The notes beneath the pieces were generated by a model. It searched no databases. It was not told the DNA's origin and saw only the letters and a list, made by a program, of their open reading frames with translations. The position numbers were made by a program, and so were the translations under genes. 64,000 nucleotides of DNA from Gemmatimonadales bacterium (lineage in GTDB: Bacteria; Gemmatimonadota; Gemmatimonadetes; Gemmatimonadales; GWC2-71-9): positions 3,765 through 67,764 of the forward strand of contig DATDFC010000041.1 in the NCBI GenBank assembly GCA_036522815.1, given 5' to 3'. Position 1 is the stretch's first letter. Each line of letters starts with the position of its first letter. Positions 1 to 9,095 of this stretch are shown piece by piece.

Positions 1-551
1 CGTACGCGGACTATACCGTCAGCGGCAGCGTCACCGGCAATCCCGCCACGGCGTTCAACGCCTCGGCGATCGGGTTCGTGAGCGATGGCACGCACTCGCT
101 CGCGTTCGACGCAACCTTCTCGGCGACGAACCTCACCAGCGACAATCCCGACGCGCAAATCGACGTCGCGTGGGACCTGGACAATCCCGTCATTCACGTG
201 GAGCTGCACGAAACGCTCGCCACCGCCGATGCGAACCACCTCACGGTCACGATCGACTTCAGCGTGCTGCACGGGAGCGAGACGGTGGAGGTAACGGGTA
301 CGATCACCGTCGTGTCGTTCCCCGAGAGTGTGACCGCGAACCTGTTGATCACGGTGAACGGCGTGGCCTACGCCCGTGTCCGCGGCACCGCCACCGCCAC
401 GACGAGCACCATCCAGCTCGTCCATGCGGATGGCACCTCCCTGTCTGGCTCCGAGGCCCAGGCGGTCACCGATCTGTTCGATCTGCCCGGGCGGATCGAA
501 ACCGCGATCGACAACTTGTTCAACCCGGCTGAGCATCTGATGGGCGTCTGA
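1..551 (+). CDS. Hypothetical beta-rich protein, 5'-truncated by window edge
   Basis: Frame of ORF 78..551 is open back to base 3. Thr/Val/Ala-rich beta-strand-like sequence, no recognised family. Confidence 0.7.
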   Translation, partial: YADYTVSGSVTGNPATAFNASAIGFVSDGTHSLAFDATFSATNLTSDNPDAQIDVAWDLDNPVIHVELHETLATADANHLTVTIDFSVLHGSETVEVTGTITVVSFPESVTANLLITVNGVAYARVRGTATATTSTIQLVHADGTSLSGSEAQAVTDLFDLPGRIETAIDNLFNPAEHLMGV

Positions 552-580
552 GAGCGCGCCCGCGCCGCGAGCGGGTGAGA

Positions 581-949
581 ATGCTCTATCGCGCCCTCGC
601 CGACGGCGTCGTGCTGCTGCACGCCGCCTTCGTCGCCTTCGTGATGCTGGGTGGATTCCTCGCGTGGCGCTGGCGCGCCGTGCTGTGGGCCCACGTGCCG
701 GCGGCGTTATGGGGGGCGGCCATCGAGTATGCCGGCTGGATTTGCCCGCTCACGCCGCTCGAAAACGCGCTGCGGGCCCGGGCCGGACTCGAGGGCTATC
801 GGGGCGGGTTCGTCGAGCACTACGTGATCCCGCTGCTCTATCCAGCGGGGCTGACCCGGCCGGCCCAGGCGGTGCTCGGGACCGTCGTGGTCGTCGTGAA
901 CCTCGTCGCCTACACCATCCTCATCCGCCGTACCCTTCGGGGAGGCTGA
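581..949 (+). CDS. DUF2784 family membrane protein
   Basis: 'LADGVVLLHAAFVAFV', 'WICPLTPLEN.LR', 'GFVEHY..PLLYP' motifs. ATG at 581. Confidence 0.85.
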   Translation: MLYRALADGVVLLHAAFVAFVMLGGFLAWRWRAVLWAHVPAALWGAAIEYAGWICPLTPLENALRARAGLEGYRGGFVEHYVIPLLYPAGLTRPAQAVLGTVVVVVNLVAYTILIRRTLRGG

Positions 950-953
950 CCCT

Positions 954-2246
954 ATGACCACACGCCGCCGTTTCCTCGAGTCGCTCTGCGCGGCCGGTGC
1001 CGCCCTTCCGACGCTCCGGGACGACGCATTGCCGCGGCTCGCCCGCGTGGTCCGGCACGTGGATCGCCGGCCTGCCGACGATGTCACCCGCGACGAGGAC
1101 TTCTGGCGCGAGGTCCAGGAGGCCTTTACGCTCGATCGCACGATCATCAACCTCAACAACGGCGGGGTGAGCCCGAGCCCGCGCATCGTGCAGGACGCGA
1201 TGCGCCGCTACCTCGAATACTCCAATACGGCGCCCGCCTATACCATGTGGCAGGTGCTCGAGCCGGAGATCGAGGCCGTGCGGCGCCGCCTCGCAGCGAG
1301 CTTCGGTTGCGACGCCGAGGAAATGGCGATCACACGCAACGCAAGCGAAGCGCTCGAGATCGTGCAGCTCGGGCTTCCGCTGGAGCGTGGGGACGAAGTG
1401 CTGACGACCACGCAGGACTATCCGCGCATGCTCACGACGTGGCACCAGCGCGAGCGGCGGGACGGTATCGTGGTCCGAGAGATCGGGTTTCCCGTGCCGC
1501 CGCCGTCCCAGGACGACCTGGCCGACCGCTTCGCCCGCGCCATCACGCCAAAGACCAAGGTGATCCACGTTTGTCACATCACCAACCTCACGGGGCAGAT
1601 CTTCCCGATCCGCAAGATCGTGCGACTGGCGCGGGAGCGCGGCATCGAGGTGATCGTGGACGGCGCGCACGCGTTCGCGCACTTCCCGTTCACCCGCGAC
1701 GAGCTCGACTGCGACTATTACGGCACCAGCCTCCACAAGTGGCTGCTGGCACCCCACGGCACCGGGTTCCTGTACGTGCGGAAGGCGAAGATCGAGCGGC
1801 TCTGGCCGCTGATGGCGGCGCCGCCGGAGATGAACCGCGACATCCGCAAGTTCGAGGAGATCGGGACCCATCCGGCCGCGAACCACAACGCCATCGCCGA
1901 GGCGCTGACATTCCACGAGGGGCTCGGGGCGGAGCGGAAGGGGGCGCGGTTGCGCTACCTGTTCCAGCGCTGGGCAAAGCGGCTGGAGCAGCGGCCGGGC
2001 GTGAGGATCCTCACGCCGTACGACCCGGCGCAGTCGTGCGGGCTGGCGAGCGTCTCGGTCGAGGGGCTGGACGTGAACAAGCTCGTCGCCTTCCTTTGGG
2101 ACAAGCACCGGATCCTCGTCACGCCGATCGTGCACAAGGAGTTCAGTTGCATGCGCGTGACACCGAACGTGTACACGACGCTCGCGGAGATCGATCGCTT
2201 CGCGGACGTGATGGAAGACGTGCTGCGAAAGGGGCTGCCCGCATGA
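954..2246 (+). CDS. Aminotransferase class V, PLP-dependent (isopenicillin-N epimerase / cysteine desulfurase-like), with twin-arginine signal
   Basis: N-terminal TRRRFL, 'NLNNGGVSPSP', 'VDGAH', PLP lysine motif 'SLHKW'. Confidence 0.85.
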   Translation: MTTRRRFLESLCAAGAALPTLRDDALPRLARVVRHVDRRPADDVTRDEDFWREVQEAFTLDRTIINLNNGGVSPSPRIVQDAMRRYLEYSNTAPAYTMWQVLEPEIEAVRRRLAASFGCDAEEMAITRNASEALEIVQLGLPLERGDEVLTTTQDYPRMLTTWHQRERRDGIVVREIGFPVPPPSQDDLADRFARAITPKTKVIHVCHITNLTGQIFPIRKIVRLARERGIEVIVDGAHAFAHFPFTRDELDCDYYGTSLHKWLLAPHGTGFLYVRKAKIERLWPLMAAPPEMNRDIRKFEEIGTHPAANHNAIAEALTFHEGLGAERKGARLRYLFQRWAKRLEQRPGVRILTPYDPAQSCGLASVSVEGLDVNKLVAFLWDKHRILVTPIVHKEFSCMRVTPNVYTTLAEIDRFADVMEDVLRKGLPA

Positions 2247-2476
2247 ACGGGACGATCGCGTGGATCGCACTCGGTGTGGCGTTGACCGCGAGCGCCTGCG
2301 GTAGCGCCGGGTCCGGCAAGGCCGGTACCGCCGCCCGCGATACGCTCACCGAGCGGCAGCGGGACTCGATCCTCGCCGGGTCGCGCATCCCGGGCGCGCG
2401 CGGCGTGGGCGCCGCGTTGCGCGCCGCCGACTCGACGAACGCCCGCATCCGAGCGGCGGACAGCGTGACGCCATGA
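2243..2476 (+). CDS. Small hypothetical lipoprotein
   Basis: ATGA overlap with upstream stop. Hydrophobic signal ending in lipobox-like 'ASAC'. Confidence 0.65.
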   Translation: MNGTIAWIALGVALTASACGSAGSGKAGTAARDTLTERQRDSILAGSRIPGARGVGAALRAADSTNARIRAADSVTP

Positions 2477-2480
2477 TCCG

Positions 2481-2975
2481 ATGATCCCCGGGGTCAGAGC
2501 CCGGGCTCGGCGCCGCGTCCTCCTCGCAGCCCTGTCGCTCCTTGCTCTGGGGTGCGCACCGGGGGACCCCTGCAGCGCCGCGGCGATGCACCTGCAGACC
2601 CGCTACGCGCAACGCTACCTCGGTCACTGGGTGGTGGCCCGGGGTGACACGCTCACGCTGCCCGAGCTGGGCGACCGCTTCAAGTTGACCGACGTGATCC
2701 TGGACAGCACCCGGGTGGTGGTCGGGCGCAGCTGCCACTTCCGGGGCACCCTCGTGTTCCGCGTGCCGCGCGACACGCTGCCGGTCACGTGGATCGGCTA
2801 CCCGGAGCAGGCGCTGGTGTACGGGTGGCCGGTCGCGCTCGGGCCGTTCGCCGGCATCGGGGCGACCCGCGTGGCGGACTCGCTCATGGGAGCGATCCTG
2901 TACGACTCCCGACTGAACCTGCAAGTGCGCCCGGGCGCGACGGCGCGCTTCGTCGCCGGTCGCGCGCACAGTTGA
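2481..2975 (+). CDS. Hypothetical lipoprotein
   Basis: Basic N-terminus, hydrophobic stretch, lipobox 'ALGC'. Fills the operon gap. Confidence 0.65.
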   Translation: MIPGVRARARRRVLLAALSLLALGCAPGDPCSAAAMHLQTRYAQRYLGHWVVARGDTLTLPELGDRFKLTDVILDSTRVVVGRSCHFRGTLVFRVPRDTLPVTWIGYPEQALVYGWPVALGPFAGIGATRVADSLMGAILYDSRLNLQVRPGATARFVAGRAHS

Positions 2976-3008
2976 GCGATTCGAGTATCTTCTTCCGGAG
3001 ATCCTGAC

Positions 3009-3506
3009 ATGCCTCTCACCGCCGCCGAGCGCGCCTCGATGATCCAGCGCTACGCCAGGGGACCGGCCCTCCTCGCTGCTGCGCTCGCGAAAGTGCCGCG
3101 CGACGCGCTGCAATGGAAGCCGGGGCCCAAGCGTTGGTCCGCGCACGAAATCGTAGTGCACTGCGCCGACAGCGAGACCAACGCCCACATGCGGCTTCGC
3201 TATCTGCTGGCGGAGCCCGAGCCGCTGATCGTCGGATACGACCAGGACCGCTGGGCGCAGCGCTTCGACTACCACAAGCATCCGATCGACGCGGCGCTGG
3301 CCACCGTGAAGGCCGTGCGCGCCAACACCGTGCCGCTGCTGGAGCGCGCGACGGAGCAGGACTGGCGTCGCGTGGGCCGGCACACGGAGTCGGGTCCGTA
3401 CGGCGCCGAGGACTGGCTGGCGGTCTACGCCGAGCACCTGGAGAAGCACTCTCGCCAGATCGAGGGCAACATCGCGGCCTGGCAAATGCAGGCGAAGGGA
3501 CGATGA
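3009..3506 (+). CDS. DinB/YfiT family putative metal-dependent protein
   Basis: 'WSAHEIVVHCADSE', 'YDQDRWA', C-terminal 'H.EKH..QI'. RBS GGAG upstream. Confidence 0.85.
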   Translation: MPLTAAERASMIQRYARGPALLAAALAKVPRDALQWKPGPKRWSAHEIVVHCADSETNAHMRLRYLLAEPEPLIVGYDQDRWAQRFDYHKHPIDAALATVKAVRANTVPLLERATEQDWRRVGRHTESGPYGAEDWLAVYAEHLEKHSRQIEGNIAAWQMQAKGR

Positions 3507-3898
3507 AAGGCTTCTTCTTCCGGCTCGTGATCACGGCTCTGGGCCTGTGGGCCGCCGAGACCGTCATCCCCGGGATCCACATCGACCGCTGGGACCACCT
3601 GATCGTCGCCGCGCTGCTGCTCGGCATCGTCAACGCGGTGATCCGGCCGGTCATCCTCATCCTCACGCTGCCGCTGACGGTGCTCACGCTGGGATTGTTC
3701 ATTCTGGTCGTGAACGGGATCTCGTTCTACCTCGTGGCCTGGCTGGTGCCCGGGTTCGCCGTGAGCGGCCTGGGCGCCGCCGTGCTCGGGTCCATCGTGG
3801 TGGGGATCACCGGATGGTTCGCGTCGGCGTTCGTCGGCGGATCGGGCCGGATCGAGCGCTATCGTCGCATCGAGGTCACCGGGCGCCACCTCGACTGA
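3503..3898 (+). CDS. Phage-holin-family (4-TMS, YvlD-like) membrane protein
   Basis: 'LLGIVNAVIRPVILILTLPLTVLTLGLFILVVNG' signature. ATGA overlap. Confidence 0.85.
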   Translation: MKGFFFRLVITALGLWAAETVIPGIHIDRWDHLIVAALLLGIVNAVIRPVILILTLPLTVLTLGLFILVVNGISFYLVAWLVPGFAVSGLGAAVLGSIVVGITGWFASAFVGGSGRIERYRRIEVTGRHLD

Positions 3899-4272
3899 TG
3901 GACCGTCTGTTCGGCACGCTCGGCGCGGTGTCGGGCCTGCTCGCCATGGCCGCGGGCGCGTTCGGCGCACACGCACTGCGCGCCCGCCTCTCCGCGGACC
4001 GGCTCGCCGCGTTCGAGACCGGCGCGCGCTACCAGATGTACCACGCCCTCGCCCTGCTGCTGGTCGCGTGGGCGGCGACGCGTTGGCCGGGACCGCCCGT
4101 GCGGGCCGCCGGATGGCTGTTCGTGGCCGGGACCGTGATCTTCTCCGGCTCCCTCTATCTGCTCGCCCTCACCGGCGCGCGCGGCTTCGGCGCCGTAACG
4201 CCCGTGGGCGGACTCGCGTTCCTCGCCGGCTGGCTCGCCCTCACGCTAGGCATCTGGCGGAGCTCCACATGA
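3898..4272 (+). CDS. DUF423 (YgdD/TMEM256) family membrane protein
   Basis: 'GAFGAHAL', 'TGARYQMYHALAL', 'FSGSLY.LAL', 'TPVGG..F..GW'. TGATG overlap. Confidence 0.9.
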   Translation: MDRLFGTLGAVSGLLAMAAGAFGAHALRARLSADRLAAFETGARYQMYHALALLLVAWAATRWPGPPVRAAGWLFVAGTVIFSGSLYLLALTGARGFGAVTPVGGLAFLAGWLALTLGIWRSST

Positions 4273-5624
4273 CTCTCGCGACTCTCGCCGTGTCCACCTT
4301 GCTCCTCCAGACGCCCGCGCTGCCGCTCACGGCGTCGCCGACGCGCCCCCTCGGCACGCTGCGCGAGCAGGCCGCCGTCGAGCAGGAGTGGCTGCGCTAT
4401 CGGCTCGACTCGGTGCTGCCCCGGCTGATGCGGCAGTATCACGTCGCGATGTGGGTGGTCCCGATGCGGGAATACAACGAAGACCCCGTCTTCCGGTCGC
4501 TCGTCTCGGCCACGACGTTTTTCGCGCGGCGCCGCACGATCTACGTGTTCTACGATCGCGGGCCCGAGCGCGGCGTCGAGCGGCTCGCCTTGGGCGGCAC
4601 TTCCCAGGGCGGCCTGTACGACGCCTACCACGCCCGGGAGGCCATCGACCCGTCGATCGGCCGCCGCCCCGAGCTGGTGGGCCAGGCCCAATGGGAGCTG
4701 CTGCGCCGCGTGATCGAGGAGCGCAATCCGCCGACCATCGCCGTCGACATCTCGCACGCGCACGCTTTTTCGGACGGGCTGTCCGCCGGCGAATGGGAGC
4801 AGCTCCAGGAAGCGCTCCCGGCGGGGTACCGCGCCCGGATCGTGCGCGCCGAGCGCCTGCCGCTCGAGTACCAGGAGATCCGCGCGCCTGGAATGCTGCC
4901 CGTGTACCGCCGCCTCATGGAGGTCGTGTGGGGCGTGATCGACACGGCGTTCTCGAACCGCGTGATCACTCCGGGACGGACCACGACGGACGACGTCGCC
5001 TGGTGGATGCGCCAGCGCGTCAACGACCTCGGCTTCGGCACCTGGTTCCACACCGACGTGGACGTGCAGCGGCACGGCCGGGACCTGTCCGATTCCGGCG
5101 CCGTGGTGATCCAGCGCGGCGACGTGCTGCATTGCGACTTCGGCATCACCGCGCTGGGCCTGAACACCGACACGCAGCACATGGGCTACGTGCTGCGCCG
5201 GGGTGAGAAGGACGTGCCCGACGGTCTCAAGCGGGCGCTCGCGAACTCGAACCAACTACAAGACGTCCTGCTCGCCGAGATGCGCCCCGGCCGCACGGGG
5301 AACGAGGTGCTCGCGGCCGCGCTCGCGCAGATGCGCGCCGCGGGGATCAACGGGACGATCTACACCCATCCCATCGGCGACCGCGGTCATGGTGCCGGGC
5401 CGCTGATCGGCCTGTGGGACCATCAGGAGGGCGTTCCCGACCGCGGCGACGTCCCGCTGGTGCCGGGCAGCTGGTTCTCGATCGAGCTGCAGGCGACCAC
5501 CCCGGTTCCCGAATGGGACAACCAGGGCGTCCGCTCGGCTCAGGAAGAAGACGCGGAGCTCGGTCCCGATGGCCGCATGCGCTGGATACTGCGGCGACAG
5601 ACGGAATTTCACGTTGTGAAATAA
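4269..5624 (+). CDS. M24 family (Xaa-Pro aminopeptidase-like) metallopeptidase, probably secreted
   Basis: Pita-bread metal ligands in 'HCDFG...TDTQH', 'HPIG..GH', 'SIE', 'EED'. Hydrophobic N-terminus, ATG at 4269 overlapping the upstream stop. Confidence 0.85.
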   Translation: MTLATLAVSTLLLQTPALPLTASPTRPLGTLREQAAVEQEWLRYRLDSVLPRLMRQYHVAMWVVPMREYNEDPVFRSLVSATTFFARRRTIYVFYDRGPERGVERLALGGTSQGGLYDAYHAREAIDPSIGRRPELVGQAQWELLRRVIEERNPPTIAVDISHAHAFSDGLSAGEWEQLQEALPAGYRARIVRAERLPLEYQEIRAPGMLPVYRRLMEVVWGVIDTAFSNRVITPGRTTTDDVAWWMRQRVNDLGFGTWFHTDVDVQRHGRDLSDSGAVVIQRGDVLHCDFGITALGLNTDTQHMGYVLRRGEKDVPDGLKRALANSNQLQDVLLAEMRPGRTGNEVLAAALAQMRAAGINGTIYTHPIGDRGHGAGPLIGLWDHQEGVPDRGDVPLVPGSWFSIELQATTPVPEWDNQGVRSAQEEDAELGPDGRMRWILRRQTEFHVVK

Positions 5625-5653
5625 CGGGAAAGGGGAATGGGGAAACGGGAACG
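5625..5653 (+). repeat. Degenerate GGGAAA(C/G) heptamer tandem repeat filling an intergenic gap
   Basis: cgggaaa-ggggaat-ggggaaa-cgggaa-cgg between the M24 stop and the next GTG. Confidence 0.7.
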
Positions 5654-6766
5654 GTGAACGTCAGAGACGTCGAAACCCCTGCCCTGCTGCTCCACCTCGA
5701 TGTCGTTGAGCGCAATGTGTCGCGCATGGCGGCGCGGGCCCGGCAGCTCGGCGTGGCGCTCCGGCCGCACGCGAAGACGCACAAGTGCGTCGAGCTGGGC
5801 CGGCTGCAGCTCGAGCATGGGGCGCGCGGGCTCACGGTGTCCACGCTCGCGGAGGCCGAGGTGTTCGCCGCTGCCGGCATCACCGACCTCACGTGGGCGT
5901 TTCCGATCGATCCGGGCCACGTCGCTCACGCGTGTCGCATCGTGCAGCAGACCGGGGCGACGCTGCGCGTCGTGGTCGACGACCTCGATGCGGCCAGAGC
6001 GCTCGCCGGCTCGGGGCTGCACGCGTGGCTGAAGGTGGACTCCGGGTTACACCGGGCGGGTGTGGACCCGGCATCGCCATACGCCCTTCAGGTCGCCGCC
6101 GAATTGGGCGAGGAGCGGCGACTCGTGTTCGACGGCATCCTGACCCACTCCGGCCACGCGTACCGTACGACGAACAAGACGGAAGCGGCCGCGGTGGCCG
6201 AGAGCGAGCGCGACATCATGGTGGCGTTCGCCGGGCGACTGCGTGGTGCGGGCATCGCGGTCCGCGAGGTGAGTGTCGGATCGACGCCGGCGATGGCGGC
6301 GGCCCGCGATCTCACGGGCGTCACCGAGGCGCGACCGGGGAACTACGTCTTCTACGACCGCACCATGGTGCTGATCGGGTGCTGCGAGCCGGCGGACGTG
6401 GGAGTGAGCGTGCTCGCGACCGTGGTGTCGCATCAGCCAGGAGCGTCACACTTCGTGGTGGACGCCGGGGCGCTCGAGCTCTCGAAGGACCCGGGCCCCG
6501 CGCACGTGGGGCCCCAGGCGATGGGCACGGTGAAAAACGCGCCCGAGCTGACCGTGGCGACCGTGTCGCAGGAGCACGGCCTGATCCGGGCCGAATCAGT
6601 GGACGCACTGGACGGGCGCTACAAGGTCGGCAACAAAGTCGAGATCATTCCCAACCATTCCTGTCTCACCGTCGCGCACTTCGACGCCTATCACGTGATC
6701 GAGGGGACGGAGGACGGTGGAGAGGGACGGGTGGTGGATCGCTGGAAGGTCGAGCGGGGCCGATGA
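5654..6766 (+). CDS. DSD1 / D-threonine aldolase-like PLP enzyme (alanine racemase fold)
   Basis: 'TPALL', 'LRPHAKTHK', 'HSGHAY', 'GSTP', 'EARPGNYVFYD', 'SQEHG', 'PNHSC'. Confidence 0.9.
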   Translation: MNVRDVETPALLLHLDVVERNVSRMAARARQLGVALRPHAKTHKCVELGRLQLEHGARGLTVSTLAEAEVFAAAGITDLTWAFPIDPGHVAHACRIVQQTGATLRVVVDDLDAARALAGSGLHAWLKVDSGLHRAGVDPASPYALQVAAELGEERRLVFDGILTHSGHAYRTTNKTEAAAVAESERDIMVAFAGRLRGAGIAVREVSVGSTPAMAAARDLTGVTEARPGNYVFYDRTMVLIGCCEPADVGVSVLATVVSHQPGASHFVVDAGALELSKDPGPAHVGPQAMGTVKNAPELTVATVSQEHGLIRAESVDALDGRYKVGNKVEIIPNHSCLTVAHFDAYHVIEGTEDGGEGRVVDRWKVERGR

Positions 6767-7167
6767 GCGCTCCGCCGCCGGCTGTCGCGGCGCTTACATG
6801 GGCCATAGCGGGGCCGCCTCTCCTGATCTACAGCGCCACGCGTATTCGACGCGGCAAGGTCGCCCTGCATGTGACCCTCATGAGTGTGAGCGCGGTCATC
6901 GAGATCGCCGTGGTGGTCGGATTCTCTTTCCTCATGGTTCCCAGTCCCCGACGAGCCGCCCTCGTCGCGCTGCCGTTCTTCAAGATCCATCTCGCATTCG
7001 CCATCACGGCGCTGGCAGGGCTCGCATGGCAGCTCACGAGCCGCGCCGTGGCGCGGCTGCGGCCGCTGCATCGGCACACCGGTCCGTATGTCGTGCTCGC
7101 GTGGTGCCTGGCGCTCCTCACGGGGATCTACAACTACGTCTTTCTTTACGTGATGAGCTTCCCATGA
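6763..7167 (+). CDS. Membrane protein, DUF420-like
   Basis: About four hydrophobic helices with spaced His residues ('LHVTLM', 'IHL', 'LHRHTG') and 'TGIYNY..LY'. ATGA overlap. Confidence 0.55.
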   Translation: MSAPPPAVAALTWAIAGPPLLIYSATRIRRGKVALHVTLMSVSAVIEIAVVVGFSFLMVPSPRRAALVALPFFKIHLAFAITALAGLAWQLTSRAVARLRPLHRHTGPYVVLAWCLALLTGIYNYVFLYVMSFP

Positions 7168-7460
7168 AAACCTTTCTCCGTCACCTGGTGCTGTGCGCCC
7201 TCCCGCTCGTGTTCGCGACGGGCTCGGGCCACTACTTCACGACGATCCAGGGGTCCTGCGGCGCCATGGTCGGGGCGCTGTTCTCGGGCAAGTGCGCCGG
7301 GCGGCAGCGCCAATACCTCGCGCGCTTCCAGCTGGGCGGTGGGGCGGCCGGGACCGTGATCGCGGCGACGCTCGGGGCCTGGCTGGAACTTCGTCGCCGG
7401 CGGGCCGTACAACGGGCAACCGACGAACAACCGACAACCCCAGTGGGAGAGCCGTCATGA
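7164..7460 (+). CDS. Small hypothetical membrane protein
   Basis: ATGA overlaps at both ends. Two hydrophobic segments. Confidence 0.6.
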   Translation: MKTFLRHLVLCALPLVFATGSGHYFTTIQGSCGAMVGALFSGKCAGRQRQYLARFQLGGGAAGTVIAATLGAWLELRRRRAVQRATDEQPTTPVGEPS

Positions 7461-7885
7461 TGCGCATCGCTCCGATCATCGCGCTGGCCCTGCTCACCCG
7501 TGGCCTCGCGGCCCAGGATACGACCAAGGCCGCGGCCCCCGCCCCTGCAGCCGCGCCCGCCCCAGCCGTCGACGTCGCCGAGGCCGTGGTCGCCAAAGCC
7601 GTGGTCGATCGGCAGCCGCAGGACACGGGCAGCACCTTCCCCGCCGACGTCGGGCAGCTGGTCTGCTGGACCAAGGTGGCGGGAGCGGAAGGCTCGAGCA
7701 TCCACCACGTGTGGTTCCACGGAGACACCCAGGTGGGCGACGTCGAGCTGCAGGTAGGTGGGTCGCCGTGGCGCACGTGGAGCAAGAAGACCGTGCCACC
7801 CGACTGGACCGGCGCGTGGCACGTGGAAGTGCACGATGCAGCCGGGACCGTACTGAAGCGAATCGATTTTACGGTAGGACAGTAA
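7457..7885 (+). CDS. DUF2914 domain secreted protein
   Basis: Signal peptide, Ala/Pro linker, 'HVWFHG', 'WRTWSKK', 'GAWHVEV'. Confidence 0.8.
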   Translation: MMRIAPIIALALLTRGLAAQDTTKAAAPAPAAAPAPAVDVAEAVVAKAVVDRQPQDTGSTFPADVGQLVCWTKVAGAEGSSIHHVWFHGDTQVGDVELQVGGSPWRTWSKKTVPPDWTGAWHVEVHDAAGTVLKRIDFTVGQ

Positions 7886-7908
7886 CGTAACAGGCGGGTT
7901 ACTCGTTC

Positions 7909-7930
7909 ACCCCGGGCTCGCGCCCGGGGT
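7909..7930. terminator. Hairpin between convergent genes
   Basis: Perfect 9-bp stem ACCCCGGGC / GCCCGGGGT with a 4-nt loop. No strong U-tract. Confidence 0.55.
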
Positions 7931-7943
7931 CAGTTCAACCCTG

Positions 7944-9095
7944 CTAGCGCCGTAGCGTCGCGCGGCGACCGGGGCCCCAGGCCTCTCGCGGAATCGCGAC
8001 GCCTTGGGTGGGACCGTGCGCCGCTCCCTCACCGCTCCGGGCGACCGCCACGGCGCGCGACCGGTCGGGTGCCTGGCTCGCCACTGGCGCCTCGCGCCCC
8101 CGCCCGCCCTCCCGCACCGCGACAGCGGCCCGCGTCACAGCTCGATCGGGCAGATCGACGCGAGCGGGTGCGAGCCCGCCCTCTCGAGCCGCGAAGACGA
8201 GCGCGGCCCGGGCGGGCAGCGCAACGGCGGCCATCGTTCGATCCGGCGCGGGAGCCGAGAGTCGCGTGTATCGCACGTGGGTGCGTGGGCCTGGGGCACG
8301 CGGGCGGGGCTCGATCGAGGCGGACCCGGGGGTGTGGCGGGGTGAAGCGAACCGCGATCGAGGCGAAGCCGGCGCTGGCCCGGCGATCGTCTGGGGTGCG
8401 AGTGCGAGTGCGAGCGCGCTCGTCGGCCGGCGCGGCTCCGGCGCGCGCTCCCGCCGGAAGTGGCGACGGCCAAGCACCCTCTCGTAGAGCACCAGCTGTT
8501 CCCCGATGAACGTGCAGTCCACACACGTCGGATACGCGTCGTACGCCGGTGGAGTCTCCTGTGGCGTCATGTCCTGCTGCGCGTAGACCGGTGGGGCGAC
8601 ACTGTACGTCACGACGTCGTAATTGAAGTACCCGTCCCCCAGCATTCGCTGCACGATGTCGCTCATCGACCCCGCCGCGTCCGCGCCCGACCAGGAGGGG
8701 ACCAACGCGTCCGAGTCCCACGCGGCGGCGCGCACGAACTCCTCGAACCTGAGCGGGTCGGGCGACAGCGCGGCCAGGACCATCCCGTTGCCGTCGGGCT
8801 CGGCGACCACCCAGGCGGCCTGCTCGTCGCGGCCGCGAATCTCGTAGGTGCCCGCCCGGACGAAGGGATCGGTGTGGGGATTCTTGGGGAAGAGGACTTC
8901 GATGCGGCCGTCGGTGCGGCGGTGCAGGACGACGAGGTTGCCGTCCTCATTCGCCTCGACGTACACGCGAACCGCCGCGCCGCGTGCCAGCGGGCTGGGC
9001 GAGCCGAGCCAGATTCGTACGACGCGAGGCGCGACGGCCGCGGCTGCCGGCGCTAAGGGGTTCTGCAGCAGCAGTGCTACCAGCGGCACGATCAC
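7944..9095 (-). CDS. DUF4384 domain secreted protein with Pro/Arg/Ala-rich C-terminus
   Basis: 'G..VRVYVEANEDG.LVVL....DGRIEVLFP' resembles DUF4384. GTG start overlaps the upstream TGA. Confidence 0.7.
   Translation of the reverse strand: MIVPLVALLLQNPLAPAAAAVAPRVVRIWLGSPSPLARGAAVRVYVEANEDGNLVVLHRRTDGRIEVLFPKNPHTDPFVRAGTYEIRGRDEQAAWVVAEPDGNGMVLAALSPDPLRFEEFVRAAAWDSDALVPSWSGADAAGSMSDIVQRMLGDGYFNYDVVTYSVAPPVYAQQDMTPQETPPAYDAYPTCVDCTFIGEQLVLYERVLGRRHFRRERAPEPRRPTSALALALAPQTIAGPAPASPRSRFASPRHTPGSASIEPRPRAPGPRTHVRYTRLSAPAPDRTMAAVALPARAALVFAAREGGLAPARVDLPDRAVTRAAVAVREGGRGREAPVASQAPDRSRAVAVARSGEGAAHGPTQGVAIPREAWGPGRRATLRR

Noticed and set aside
3503..3898. Holin-family gene as evidence of a prophage
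   Set aside because: This 4-TMS family is common in non-phage contexts. No endolysin, structural or integrase genes are nearby.
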